Part shown: positions 41,615 to 52,929 of the stretch, one piece after another
How the letters are laid out: each line of letters begins with the position of its first letter
How positions within the stretch are numbered: the first letter of the stretch is position 1
Source of the DNA: Phyllobates terribilis
Taxonomy: Eukaryota
Direction of reading: 5' to 3'
DNA length: 64,000 bases
Assembly (NCBI RefSeq): GCF_046119375.1
Contig: NW_027362772.1
Location: 202,430,001-202,494,000, forward strand
The notes under the pieces: generated by a model
What the model was told of the DNA's origin: nothing
Databases searched by the model: none
What the model saw: the letters and a program-made list of their open reading frames with translations, nothing else
Translations under genes and position numbers: made by a program

Positions 41615-44600
41615 TTAGATTCTCCAGCGAGCGGGTATCTGACCTCTAGTGACTCTAGTGGACCTACGGAGCTCACTAACTGGTTCTGCACTACAGGGTG
41701 TAGGAGGTGTTATGGGCAAGCTGGGCAGCTTTCTGCGCACTCTTTGGCTCACTAGGGGCACGGCAGGCTCACTACTAGCAGAGGGTTGATCCTCCTGTAC
41801 TGCTGGTGTGGACTCTTCTGCCTCTTGGGCCAGCTGCTCTTCCAGCTCTACCGGTTCCTCTGTAGGCACTTGCGGGGCTGGCTGGAGAAAGGTGAGGACG
41901 GGTACCACGACAGCGCCGTTTACTTGTGTCCAAGACCGGGGGAAGTCTCCGAGTACGGTACTGATCATTTCTTCCCTTTCCTCTGCGGGTTGAGGGTTTT
42001 CTTGATCTTCTTCAGAGCTTTGCAGCTGCTCGGGACACTTCTTCAGGTGGTCTCTGGAGACAATGGCTGTGGTTTCTCCTCCATCCTTACTGATTACGCA
42101 GATTTTTGGGTTCTCATGGCTTGATGGCAGTACGGTGTACGGGTCCTTCTCCCACTGGTCGTCCAACTTGTGGAGCCGCCTCTTCCTCTTCAAGACCTGC
42201 TCTCCAGGTACCAGGGGAACAGCGGGAGCATACTGGTTATAAGCCTTCTCTTGCCTTTCTCTAGCTTGAGACAGACTTCGCTCGACGCTCTCCTGTACTT
42301 TCCGATACTGCTGCTGCCGTTCTGTATCCCAGTCTGCCTCTGGCGAGGTGTCCTCAGGCGTCAGGACTCCCATATCCAGGTCAATAGGCTGCTTACCAGG
42401 TCTTGCTCTCATTAGGTAAGCCGGGGTACAGTTGGTGGAACCTACAGGGATGTGGTTATACAGGTCCACCAGATCAGGCAGTTTCTCAGGCCACAGACTG
42501 CGTTCTTCCAGGGGAAGTGTTTTTAGCAGATCTATCACCACCTGGTTCATCTTCTCGCAGAGTCGATTGGTTTGAGGGTGATAGGGCGTTGTTCTTATCT
42601 TCTTGCAGCCATACAGGTTGCAGAACTCCTGGAAGACCTCCGCTTCGAAGGCTGGTCCTTGGTCTGTCAACACTTGGTCTGGGTACCCGTGTGGACAGCA
42701 GAAGTGCTGCTGGAAGGCTCTAGCTGCTGTTTGAGCCGTTAAGTCCTTGACCGGGACCACCACCAGGAACCGGGAGTAATGATCTACGATGGTGAGGGCG
42801 TAGACATACCCAGATCTGCTTGGAGCCAGTTTCACATGGTCCAGGGCTACCAGTTCCAGTGGCTGTCTGGTGATGATGGGCTGCAGGGGAGTCTTCTGGC
42901 TGGCACAGTCTTTTCTTCTCAGGTGGCACGGGCCACAGTCTCTGCACCACCTCTCGATGGCTCCTCTCATGCCTACCCAGTAGAACCGTTCACGCAACAA
43001 GAACTCCAGCTTCTTCCATCCGAAGTGTCCTGCTCCGTTGTGGCATGCCTCCAGAACCATAGCCGCGTCTCGTCTTGGGACCACTACCTGCCAGGTCAAC
43101 TCATGCGTTCGAGAGTTAACCATTCTCCGGCACAGCTTCTCCCTGTAGAGGAACAGCTTACTTTTCTCCTTCCACAGTTGCTTGGTCTCCTCCGGAGCAT
43201 CTGGGTCAAGACGGGCATCTGCCTGGGTCAGCATTTCCGTCACCAAATGGACTGCGGGATCACTGTCTTGCGTCTCCGCCCAGTTGTAGTGGGGCAAGGG
43301 ATTGAACGTCACGGAGCGCCTGTCCTTCACGCGGTGGGAATACAGGGTAATCCCATGACGGTGGAACGCAGGGAGCTCAACTTCTTCCAGATCTTCTGGA
43401 TCTTCCCCTACGTCCGGTAAGTTCGGCATTCTAGACAGGGCATCCGCGTTGGCATTTGATCGTCCTGCCCGGTATTTGATGGTGAATTCAAAGTTGGACA
43501 GGCGGGCCATCCATCTCTGTTCCAGGGCACCGAGCCTTGCAGTGTCCAGGTGTGTCAACGGGTTGTTATCCGTGTACACGGTGAATTTGGAGGAGGCAAG
43601 GTAATGCTTGAAACGTTCGGTCACTGCCCACACTACTGCCAGGAACTCCAGCTTGAATGAGCTATAATTCTCAGGGTTCCTCTCCGTGGGCCGTAGCTTT
43701 CGGCTGGCATAAGCGATTACCCGTTCTTTCCCTTGCTGGATCTGGGACAGTACGGCTCCTAGCCCGATGTTGCTTGCGTCCGTGTGGAGGATAAAGGGCT
43801 GGCTGTAGTCTGGATATGCCAGGATTTCATCCCCCGTGAGGGCCATCTTCAGCTGGCAAAAGGACTCCTCTTCCAGCTTTTCCCACCTGAAGGGTGGCTT
43901 CTGGTTTTTGGCTTTCCGAGATTGACCTATCAGGAGGTCCTGCATAGGGGCTGCCATTTTGGTGAAACCGGGAATGAATCTTCGGTAGTAGCCTACCAAC
44001 CCGAGGAACTGCCGCACTTCCTTTATGCTGGAGGGTCTTGGCCAGTCCTTAATCACGGTGATCTTATCAGGGTCAGGAGCCACTCCGTCAGCACTCACCA
44101 CGTGTCCCAGGTATTGTACCCTGGTTTCAGGAGGTGACACTTGGAGGGTTTCACCTTTAGGCCGTAGTTTGCCAGAGCTTCGAACACTTCTGCCAGGTGT
44201 TTCAGGTGGTCCTCGTAGGTCTTGGAATAGACGATGATATCGTCCAGGTATAACAGGACCGTCTCGAAGTTCCGGTGTCCCAGACAGCATTCCATCAACC
44301 GTTGGAAGGTTCCTGGTGCGTTGCAGAGCCCGAACGGCATGCAGTTAAATTCACTGAGACCCATCGGGGTGGTGAATGCGGTCTTCTCCCGGTCCGCCTC
44401 TGCTACAGGAACCTGCCAGTACCCGCTAGTGAGATCCAAAGTAGAGAAGAAGTTAGCAGATTTTAATGCAGCTAAGGACTCTTCTATCCTTGGTAACGGG
44501 TACGCATCTTTGTGTGTGATACGGTTGACCTTCCTGTAGTCTACACACATTCTCATGGTGTTGTCTTTCTTTTTCACTAAGACTAGTGGAGCTGCCCAGG

Positions 44601-46709
44601 GGCTACAGCTGTCCCTGATTACCCCAGCCTCCTTCATGTCTCTAAGCATCCCCTTGGCGTGTTGGTAGTGTGCCGGGGGTACGGGTCGGTATCTCTCCTT
44701 TATGGGAGGATGGTCTCCCGTGGGGATGTGGTGTTCTACCCCCTTTACTCGCCCGAAGTCTAGCGGGTGTTTGCTAAACACTCTCTCGTACTCTCGAACC
44801 ACCCGATAGACTCCCTGTTTCTGGTGTGAGGGAGTGGAGTCAGTACCCAAATGCAGTTGCTGACACCAGTCCTCCATTGGTTTCTTAGAGCCGTTACCTT
44901 CCTCTGGTTGAGATGGAGGCAAGGGTTCCACGGCCTGTACAGAATTCTGGTTTATGGTGAACAATTTGGCTAGCGTGGCATACCGGGGCAGGTGTACTTC
45001 TCTCTCCCCGATATTTATGATGCGAACGGGCACCCTCCCATGGCGTACATCGACCACCCCCCGTGCTGTCAAAATGGTGGGCCTACTGTCTGAGTAGACG
45101 GGTTCTACCATTGCTTGGTAGTCTCTACCTCTTAGACCAATAGCTGCCCGGCACGAAATCATCATCTCACTTTTTGGGGGCACGGCAATAGGGAACGGGT
45201 CACACATTCTCACGCTACCTATCTCACCACCAGATAGTTCCACCTGTTGCCGCTTCATCAGTGCCCGGATCTCTTTTTGGAGCACACGCTGCTGGCCAGA
45301 ACTGGCGTTCTTGGCAACCTACTGTAAAATGAGAATCACCTCTGCAAGACAATTTTCAATCACATTAGTTCCCAAGGTTATTCTAGGGTGACTCTCATGA
45401 CGGTCTATGTCCACTATAATCAGTCCTTGTGCCGCCAGTTCGACTTTACCGATCTTAATGGTCACCTTTTTGAATCCCACCTGCGGCACGGGCTGACCAT
45501 TGCTGGCGATGATACTCAGGTCGTCATCTGGGTAGCGGGTTATGTCAGAGTCATTCCAGTACTGTTTAAAGAGCACGTACGGGATGGTGGTCACCTGTGA
45601 CCCAGTGTCTAGTAGGGCACTCATAGGAATGCCATCCAGTACCACAGGCAAGATTGGACGTCCCCCTACGTATTTATCACGCCAGTTTGATGGGCCTGAT
45701 GGTCTTATGCCTGGGGGTTGGCCCTCTACCCCAGGTTGTGCCCGTTTAAATGACAGTACCTTGCCACATGTCCGGGTTGATTGCAGCGGCGGCAGATGGG
45801 TTGTCCGTCCTCGTTGTATCTGCCGCTGGGTCTTCCTCTGGCCGGTGGGGTCCTCCTCAGTCGGCGCCACGGGACGTCCTCTGGTCCGGATGCCAGCTGG
45901 ATCTTTCCTGGAGAAGAGACCTGTAAAGACTGCACAGTTCTTGTTAGCGCGGCAACGCTCTTAGTCAGCTCTTGGACCTGATGGTGCAGGTCTGTAGCCG
46001 GGTCACTGTTTAAAGCCTGCGCATCAGCTCCCACAGGCCCTGCAGACAAGGGCGCCGTCTCCTGGTGGTAAGTGATAGCAGGGCGCCTGTGGGTCACAGC
46101 GCCACCTGGTGCCGGTTCTCGGAGCACCCGGATGGCTCTGTCCTTGAACTGTGCAAAGTCCAGGTCAGGGTCCTGTAAGGCCATTGCCAGCAACTGGGTT
46201 CCGTGGGCATTGCACAGTAGACCCTCAATAAATTGTTCAGTCAACAGCTTATCTTCATTTCCCACGCTGTCAGTGTCTGCCTGCTTAATGGCTCTCAGGG
46301 CCTCTTGTAGGTTTAGAGCATAGTCTCTTATACTCTCATGTGCCCGTTGTTTTCACCCATAAAATCTTAGTTTTATTTCGGCTGAGGTGCGGGTGTCAAA
46401 GGTGTCTTTCAGCCGGGTTAGTATGTCTCTGACAGTCCTCTTCCTCCCAGGTGGCCAGGACTTTACCTCCCTTTGGGCTGCCCCGATTAATTGGGCCACC
46501 AGGATGCTCACTTTTTGCTCTTCTGAGAGGGGGTACACCTGGAAGAGGCTATCCAGTCTTTCTCTAAAGTCATTTAGAGTATGTGACTCCCCTGAGTACT
46601 GGGGTAGCCAGGTTGCCTCCGAGATATAGGGCATGGTGAATGGCATGACTGCTGCAGCGGTTGCGCTGGCGGTGGCTGTGGCAGTGGAGCTCCCCTCGGT
46701 ATCCGGCAT
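41615..46709 (-). pseudogene. gag-pol of the tRNA-Ser Gypsy with three lesions
   Basis: In-frame TGA in gag (46353-46355), in-frame TAG after the protease (45319-45321), and a 1-nt deletion near 44120 (KPGYNT instead of KPRVQYLG). Otherwise open from 46709 to 41615. Confidence 0.93.
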
Positions 46710-47077
46710 CCTCCTCCCCCCTAGTGGACCGTGGCCTACCTTGCGATGCTCTTCTTCTGTAGGCCGCGGCTTCCAGGACCTTGCGCAGCGTCAGAGCGTG
46801 GGGCGGAGCGTGGGGCGGAGCTTCGGATCTCGCGCGCTTTCGGAGTCCACGCCCCTCTTCTTCTCGTGCGGCGTCCCGAAGATGGCGTCCGAAGGCGGGA
46901 AGCAGCTGCGGATGGCGGGAAGAAGGCAGAAGACGGCGGGAAACGGTCCAAGATGGCGTCTGATGGCGGGAATCGGCTCCGGATGGCGGGAAACGACTCC
47001 GGACGGCGGGAAACTTCACCACTGGTAAGTTCAAAAGTCTTTTTCAGGCACGCAGTACCCGGTGGTTGCGGGCACGA

Positions 47078-47096
47078 AATCCTGCCGACTACGCCA
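47078..47096 (-). promoter_or_regulatory. Primer-binding site complementary to the tRNA-Ser 3' end
   Basis: Plus strand reads AATCCTGCCGACTACGCCA, the 3' end of vertebrate tRNA-Ser (AGA/TGA type) including CCA. It lies 4 nt inside the 5' LTR boundary. Confidence 0.9.
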
Positions 47097-49503
47097 GAGT
47101 TGACGCGCCCCCTGGGCCTGTGCTGCTGCTGTGGAATACCCGGAGCCGGATCGCTGGGGGTTGTAGTTCTCCGTGGCGGTGACCCGGTCCGTGCCCAGGG
47201 TGGTCAAACCAGTGGCAGTCTATTTGTATTGGAATAAGTGTCCGACTACGCCACCCGTGGATTGCGGTCAGTGGGGACCGCCGCTGCGCTGCAGACCGCT
47301 GAGGCTGATGTTGTTTGCGCAGCCGAGTATGGGATGACTCCCCACGGGAGAAGTATTGCCTCAGGGCAGCTAAGGTGGAAGATGATGGGAGTGATGGTGT
47401 GAGGGTCCCAGTACTAATGGTGCTGGTGCGGCAAGGAATCACAGAGACGTGTGGTGCAGTTCAGGGTCTTTACTGATGGTACAAGGCAGACCCTCCCGGG
47501 AGTACTGGCTAGTATAAGGGGCCTGGTCAGTCTGCGAGCAAGCAGGAGTTCCCCTGGCCAGGTGGAGTTGTAGGCCTCCCCGTTTATCTGCACTCTTCCT
47601 GGCTACCTTGCTGTCAGCAGTTACAAGTAGCCCACGTCCCTGAGTATACCGTGTGGTGCTCACCCGTATGGCTGGTGACTTGGGGCCTTCTGTTAGCCTC
47701 CGCTCCTGGATGGCGGCGCTGGTCCCTTCTCTGTGACGGAGCCTCCGGGCTTCTATGGCCAGAGGACCTGGAATCCCCTGCCGGCTGGTTTCTGCTGCTG
47801 GGTGTATATCAGTCCCCACAGCCTCGGACTCCTGTGTCCGGCTTTAGTATCTTCGTCCAGGGCGAACTCTGCTCAGCTCCAGCCCCTGGACTTCTGCTAC
47901 TGCTCCTCCAGAGCTCCTGATCTCCTCCAGACTCTGACTCTGTCTGCAGCTTCACTCTGACTGCTCTAATCCCGCCCCAGACCCAGTTTAAAAGGGCAGA
48001 TTCCTCCCCTCCCAGGTCTGGGCGGACCGTGTTGCATGTTTAGGGATCCTGACCAGAGAAACCTCCCACTTGCTCTCAAATATAATATCTCTATTACTGT
48101 GGCAACCAGACCCCTGGGGTGTCACACATGCTAAGATACTCAAATGAAGAGTCATCAAGGCATGGTGCAAAGGCTGCGGTCACTACGCAGTGTCATCAGT
48201 GACGCTCATTTCTGGGACTGTGCTCATTCCTGCTGTGTCCCCCACCCTGCGAGCTGTGCATTGTGCCATCTGCAATTAGGCTATGTTCACATGTGACTTT
48301 TGCAGTGTTTTTTTCTAGAGTGCATGATTAATAAAGTTTGTTTTACTCATCAAAAATGCAGCAAAATTGCATGTTTGCATTTTTAAGCGTTTTTGCACTT
48401 CCTCATTGCTTTCTATTTTGAAAAAAAACACTGAAAGAATTAGCTTGCAGCAGATTTAAAAAACGCAGTTTTCCAATTCAGTCAGAAAAATAAAAAACAA
48501 GCGTGTGTGTAACGGGTCTGGGAGGCGGAACCTCTGAGCTACTATACAAGGGGGCGGTCCTTGTAAGGGAGCGGGTGGCGACCAGGGAAGACGGGCAGGA
48601 AGTCACAGCAGGTGACCGGGACAGTCTCTGAGTGAACGGGCTGGAGGTCATGGCAAATGACCGGGGCAGTCTCTGAATGAACGGGCAGATGGTCACGGCA
48701 AGTGACCGGGGCAGTCTCTGGATGAACGGGCAGATGGTCACGGCAAGTGACCGGGGCAGTCTCTGGGTAATGGGTTGGTACGACCTGTGGCGGCTGATGA
48801 TAGACGTGAGCTCCCAGGTGAGCAGGCGAGAGTCTCTGGATGAACGGGTGGTCACAGCATGTGACGGCGGAGCCTCCAGGAAGACCAACAGACAGGCGGC
48901 AGATGAGCGCTCCCAGGTGAGCGGGCAGAAGTCTCTGGACAGGCGGGTGGTCACAGCACGTGACGGCAGAGCCTCCAGGTAGGCTAGCAGACAGGCAGCA
49001 GGTGAGCGCTCCCAGGTGAGCGGGCAGGAGTCACTGGACAGGCAGGTGGTCACAGCACGTGACGGCGGAGCCTCCAGGTAGGCTAGCAGGCAGGTAGCAG
49101 ATGTGTGCTCCCAGGTGAGCAGGCAAGCTGGTCCATAGACAGACTGACAGGAGTTGGAAGGCAGACCGTCGGACCTCAGGCAAGCAGGCAGGTGGCTGAA
49201 GTGCGCTCCCAGGTGAGCGGACAGGCTGGTCCTTAGACAGACTGACAGGAGTAGTAAGGCAGACCGTCGGACCTCAGACTAGCAGGCAGGTAGCAGATAA
49301 TCAGGCAGGAAAAGACAGCAAGCTGGCAGGAATCTGGCAGGTATCTGGCAGGTAACTGGCAACGGGACCTGAGGGCTGAAGCAGAGTAGTGAACAGTTCA
49401 ACAACATTGCTCGGGCACCTCCATTTTGGAGGAGGTGCCTTATATATGGTGAAGTCCTCCGGCCATTGGCCGGGGACTCCTTAGGACGGCGCGCGCGGCC
49501 CCT

Positions 49504-52500
49504 TTAAGAGGGAGGGAGAGCGCGCGCGCGCGCCCTAAGCACAGTGGCCGGGAAGGAGCGCGCGCTGCCAGCAGAGCGGGAGGAGGACGCCGGGCACGGA
49601 GCAGAGAGGTGAGGGGAACAGCGTCCCTGCCTAGCAGAGGGCAGGGACGCCGGCGCTACAGTACCCCCCCCTTTAGGCCCCCCCTTTTTTAGGCCAGACA
49701 GAAATTTAGCTAGGATAAGAGGGGCATGGATGTTCTCCCGGGGCTCCCACGTTCTCTCCTCAGGACCAAACCCCTTCCAATCTACTAGAAAAAAGGTCTT
49801 TCCTCTTACCCTTTTGGTGGCAAGAATGTTCTCTACCTCAAACTCGTCCTCAGCAGAAACCGGAGCAGGAGGCGTACCTGTAGACTTGGAAAAAGAGTTA
49901 AGTACCACAGGTTTGAGGAGAGATACATGGAAGGAGTTAGGGATCCGTAAGTTGGCCGGGAGTTTCAATTTATAGGCCACCGGGTTGATCTGACTGATGA
50001 CCTCCAGAGGACCGATGAACCGAGGCCCTAACTTGTAAGAAGGTATCTTGAGTCGGACATATTTAGATGAGAGCCAGACTTTATCTCCAGGACGAAATTG
50101 TGGAGGATCCAGGCGTTTTTTGTCAGCGTGTCTTTTCATCCGTTCGGACGACTGAAGGAGTGCGGATCGGGTACTCTCCCAAATGGAGGAAAATTTGCTA
50201 ACGAGAGATTCCGCAGCCGGGTTGTCCACAGAGGTGGAGACAGGAAAAGGAATCCGAGGATGCTGACCGAAGACTACAAAAAACGGGGATTTGGAGGAGG
50301 ATTCGCTCTCGTGATTGTTATAAGAGAACTCGGCCCATGGTAGGAGATCCACCCAGTCTGAATGATGGGCATTAACGAAGTGCCGGAGGTAACTGGTCAG
50401 GTTCTGATTGATCCGCTCCACTTGACCATTGGACTGTGGGTGGTAAGCGGAAGAGAAGTCCAGGGTGACGTCTAGCAGTTTACAAGTGGCTCTCCAGAAA
50501 CGTGAGGTGAACTGTACCCCACGATCCGACACGATGTGGAGGGGCAGGCCATGAAGACGGAAGATGTGGCGGATAAAGTCTTTAGCCAGCTCGGGTGCAG
50601 ACGGGAGGGCTGGCAGGGGAATAAAGTGAGCCATCTTGGAAAAGCGATCAGCGACCACCCAAATGACCGTACAACCGGCGGAGACGGGGAGATCAGTTAT
50701 GAAGTCCATAGCAATATGCTGCCAGGGGGCAGCAGGCACAGGAAGCGGAAGGAGGCGACCGGCTGGCAGGTGTCTCGGGACTTTGTTGCGGGCGCAGGAC
50801 TCACAGGCAGAAACAAAGTCTATTACGTCCTTGTGCAGGGTAGGCCACCAGTAGTGCCGGGCAATAAGCTGGAGGGTCTTTTTCTGACCGGCGTGGCCAG
50901 CTAGTTTAGACGAATGGCCCCAGTGTAGGATCTTCTTCCGATCAGGTACTGAAACAAACGTCTTACCGGGAGGGAGACGATTTAAACTCACGGGAGCCAC
51001 CTGCATTACTCTGGCGGGATCGATGATATGTTTAGGTTCTTCCTCGAGATCGGACACCAGAAAGGATCGGGACAAGGCGTCTGCTTTGACGTTTTTGTCA
51101 GCCGGGCGAAAATGAAGAACAAAATCAAAGCGAGCAAAAAACAAGGACCACCGGGCTTGGCGCGGGTTAAGTCTCTGGGCATGCTGGAGGTAAGCCAAGT
51201 TCTTGTGGTCAGTGTAAATTATTACCGGGTGAAGAGCCCCCTCGAGCAGGTAACGCCACTCCTCCAATGCCAGCTTGATGGCCAATAACTCTCGGTCTCC
51301 TATGGAATAGTTGCGCTCAGAAGAGGAGAAGAGTTTGGAGAAGAAGCCACAAGTTACCATTCTCCCGGAAGATGATTTTTGAGTAAGTACCGCTCCGGCT
51401 CCAGAGGAGGAGGCGTCAACTTCCAGGAAGAACTGCTTGTTGCCGTCCGGGCGATGCAGCACCGGGGCGGAAGAGAAGGCCTGTTTTAGGGAAAGAAAGG
51501 CCTCCTCTGCTTCGGGCGGCCACTCTTTGGGATTAGTACCCTTACGGGTGAGCGCGGAAATTGGGGCGGTCCGGGAAGAGAAGTGTGGTATGAAGAGGCG
51601 GCAGTAGTTAGCGAAGTCCAGGAATCGCTGAATGGCCTTCAACCCCTCCGGTCGAGGCCATTTCTCGATGGCAGACAGTTTCTCTGGATCCATTCGTAGG
51701 CCGGTCTGAGAAATAATGTAGCCCAAAAACGGAAGCGAGGTCTGCTCAAAGAGGCACTTCTCGTATTTAGCGAAGAGGTGATTCTGCCTGAGCCTGAGCA
51801 GGACCTGACGAACGTCCCTCCGGTGAGTCTGGAGATCCGGAGAGAAGACCAAGATGTCGTCCAGGTACACCACTACGCAGGAGTAGAGAAGGTCCCGGAA
51901 GATGTCATTGACCAACTCTTGAAAGACGGCAGGAGCGTTACAGAGACCAAAGGGCATTACCAGATATTCATAGTGGCCGTCCCGGGTGTTGAATGCCATC
52001 TTCCATTCATCCCCCTGACGGATACGAACCAGGTTGTATGCCCCACGGAGGTCCAGTTTGGTGAAGATTCTAGCCCCCCTCAGACGATCAAATAACTCCG
52101 GAATGAGCGGAAGGGGGTACTTATTCTTCACCGTGATCTGGTTAAGGCCTCTATAGTCTATACAGGGACGGAGAGAGCCGTCCTTCTTTTTGACGAAAAA
52201 GAAGCCTGCTCCCGCCGGGGAGGTAGATTTCCGGATGAATCCCCTGGCCAGATTCTCCTCAATATATTCGGACATCGACCGGGTCTCAGCAGCGGATAAT
52301 GGATAAATACGCCCACGGAGAGGAGTAGTACCAGGTAACAGGTCGATAGGGCAGTCGTATGGTCTATGAGGGGGTAGTGTCTCCGCTTCCTTTTTATTAA
52401 AGACATCAGCATAAGACCAATAAGGAATCGGAAGTCCAGGTAGATTAGCTGGGGTAGGAGAAGGACGGACGGGATGAACGGGAACCAGACAGGTCTTATG

Positions 52501-52929
52501 GCAGTCCTGTCCCCAGCGAAGGACTTCTCCGGTCTGCCAGTCAAGCACGGGTGCATGTCTCTGGAGCCAAGGTAGGCCTAGCAAGAGGGCGTGGGAGAGT
52601 CCAGGCAGAACATGAAAGGAGATACTCTCAGAATGCAGCATTCCCACCTGCAGAGTAATGGATTCGGTGATGAGTTGGATGGGGCGTGGTAAGAGACCCC
52701 CATCCACGGCAGCAACAGACAAGGGTACAGCCAGAGGTTTGGTGGGGATGCGGTATTTCTCTACCAGGGACTGTGAAATAAGATTCCCGGCTGCTCCAGA
52801 GTCAAGTTGGGCTAGTTCGAAATAACGGTTCTCCCCGCAGACGATTGAGACTGACAATAGCAGAGATGGAGAGGATTTATTCTTGTCTAGGTCGACCTCT
52901 CTGAGCGAACCTAGACACAGGCGTTTCCC
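49504..52929 (-). CDS. Sushi pol: PR, RT, RNase H, integrase, chromodomain (entered by -1 frameshift)
   Basis: Open from the GGGAAAC site through LDSGA, YLDD, VDASSSGAGAVL, HHCC, D-D-E, GPY/F and the chromodomain EFEVENIL...FLVDWKGFGPEERTWEP. Reads about 52 codons into the 3' LTR before stopping at 49504. Confidence 0.95.
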   Translation of the reverse strand, partial: GKRLCLGSLREVDLDKNKSSPSLLLSVSIVCGENRYFELAQLDSGAAGNLISQSLVEKYRIPTKPLAVPLSVAAVDGGLLPRPIQLITESITLQVGMLHSESISFHVLPGLSHALLLGLPWLQRHAPVLDWQTGEVLRWGQDCHKTCLVPVHPVRPSPTPANLPGLPIPYWSYADVFNKKEAETLPPHRPYDCPIDLLPGTTPLRGRIYPLSAAETRSMSEYIEENLARGFIRKSTSPAGAGFFFVKKKDGSLRPCIDYRGLNQITVKNKYPLPLIPELFDRLRGARIFTKLDLRGAYNLVRIRQGDEWKMAFNTRDGHYEYLVMPFGLCNAPAVFQELVNDIFRDLLYSCVVVYLDDILVFSPDLQTHRRDVRQVLLRLRQNHLFAKYEKCLFEQTSLPFLGYIISQTGLRMDPEKLSAIEKWPRPEGLKAIQRFLDFANYCRLFIPHFSSRTAPISALTRKGTNPKEWPPEAEEAFLSLKQAFSSAPVLHRPDGNKQFFLEVDASSSGAGAVLTQKSSSGRMVTCGFFSKLFSSSERNYSIGDRELLAIKLALEEWRYLLEGALHPVIIYTDHKNLAYLQHAQRLNPRQARWSLFFARFDFVLHFRPADKNVKADALSRSFLVSDLEEEPKHIIDPARVMQVAPVSLNRLPPGKTFVSVPDRKKILHWGHSSKLAGHAGQKKTLQLIARHYWWPTLHKDVIDFVSACESCARNKVPRHLPAGRLLPLPVPAAPWQHIAMDFITDLPVSAGCTVIWVVADRFSKMAHFIPLPALPSAPELAKDFIRHIFRLHGLPLHIVSDRGVQFTSRFWRATCKLLDVTLDFSSAYHPQSNGQVERINQNLTSYLRHFVNAHHSDWVDLLPWAEFSYNNHESESSSKSPFFVVFGQHPRIPFPVSTSVDNPAAESLVSKFSSIWESTRSALLQSSERMKRHADKKRLDPPQFRPGDKVWLSSKYVRLKIPSYKLGPRFIGPLEVISQINPVAYKLKLPANLRIPNSFHVSLLKPVVLNSFSKSTGTPPAPVSAEDEFEVENILATKRVRGKTFFLVDWKGFGPEERTWEPRENIHAPLILAKFLSGLKKGGPKGGGTVAPASLPSARQGRCSPHLSAPCPASSSRSAGSARSFPATVLRARARALPPS

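Larger units (their letters stand above)
40065..48126 (-). mobile_element. Full-length Gypsy (Ty3) LTR retrotransposon with PNMA-like gag, tRNA-Ser primed
   Basis: LTRs 40065-41102 and 47101-48126 (TG...CA on minus, about 5 substitutions and a few short indels). 4-bp TSD CATG. PPT adjacent to 41103. PBS 47078-47096. Domain order gag (CCHC knuckle), PR (LDTGS), RT (YLDD), RNase H, IN. Confidence 0.98.

Noticed and set aside
41386-41691. Possible extra (env-like) ORF after Gypsy pol
   Set aside because: About 100 aa, non-ATG start, overlaps the pol end, and has no signal peptide or transmembrane segment.
47078-47096. tRNA-Ser gene
   Set aside because: Only the 3' 19 nt including encoded CCA are present, next to an LTR. 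This is a PBS, not a gene.
48478-49053. 191-202 aa ORFs in the sushi LTRs (also 53812-54420)
   Set aside because: Non-ATG starts, and openness is explained by GC-rich repeats with lengths divisible by three. No protein motif.
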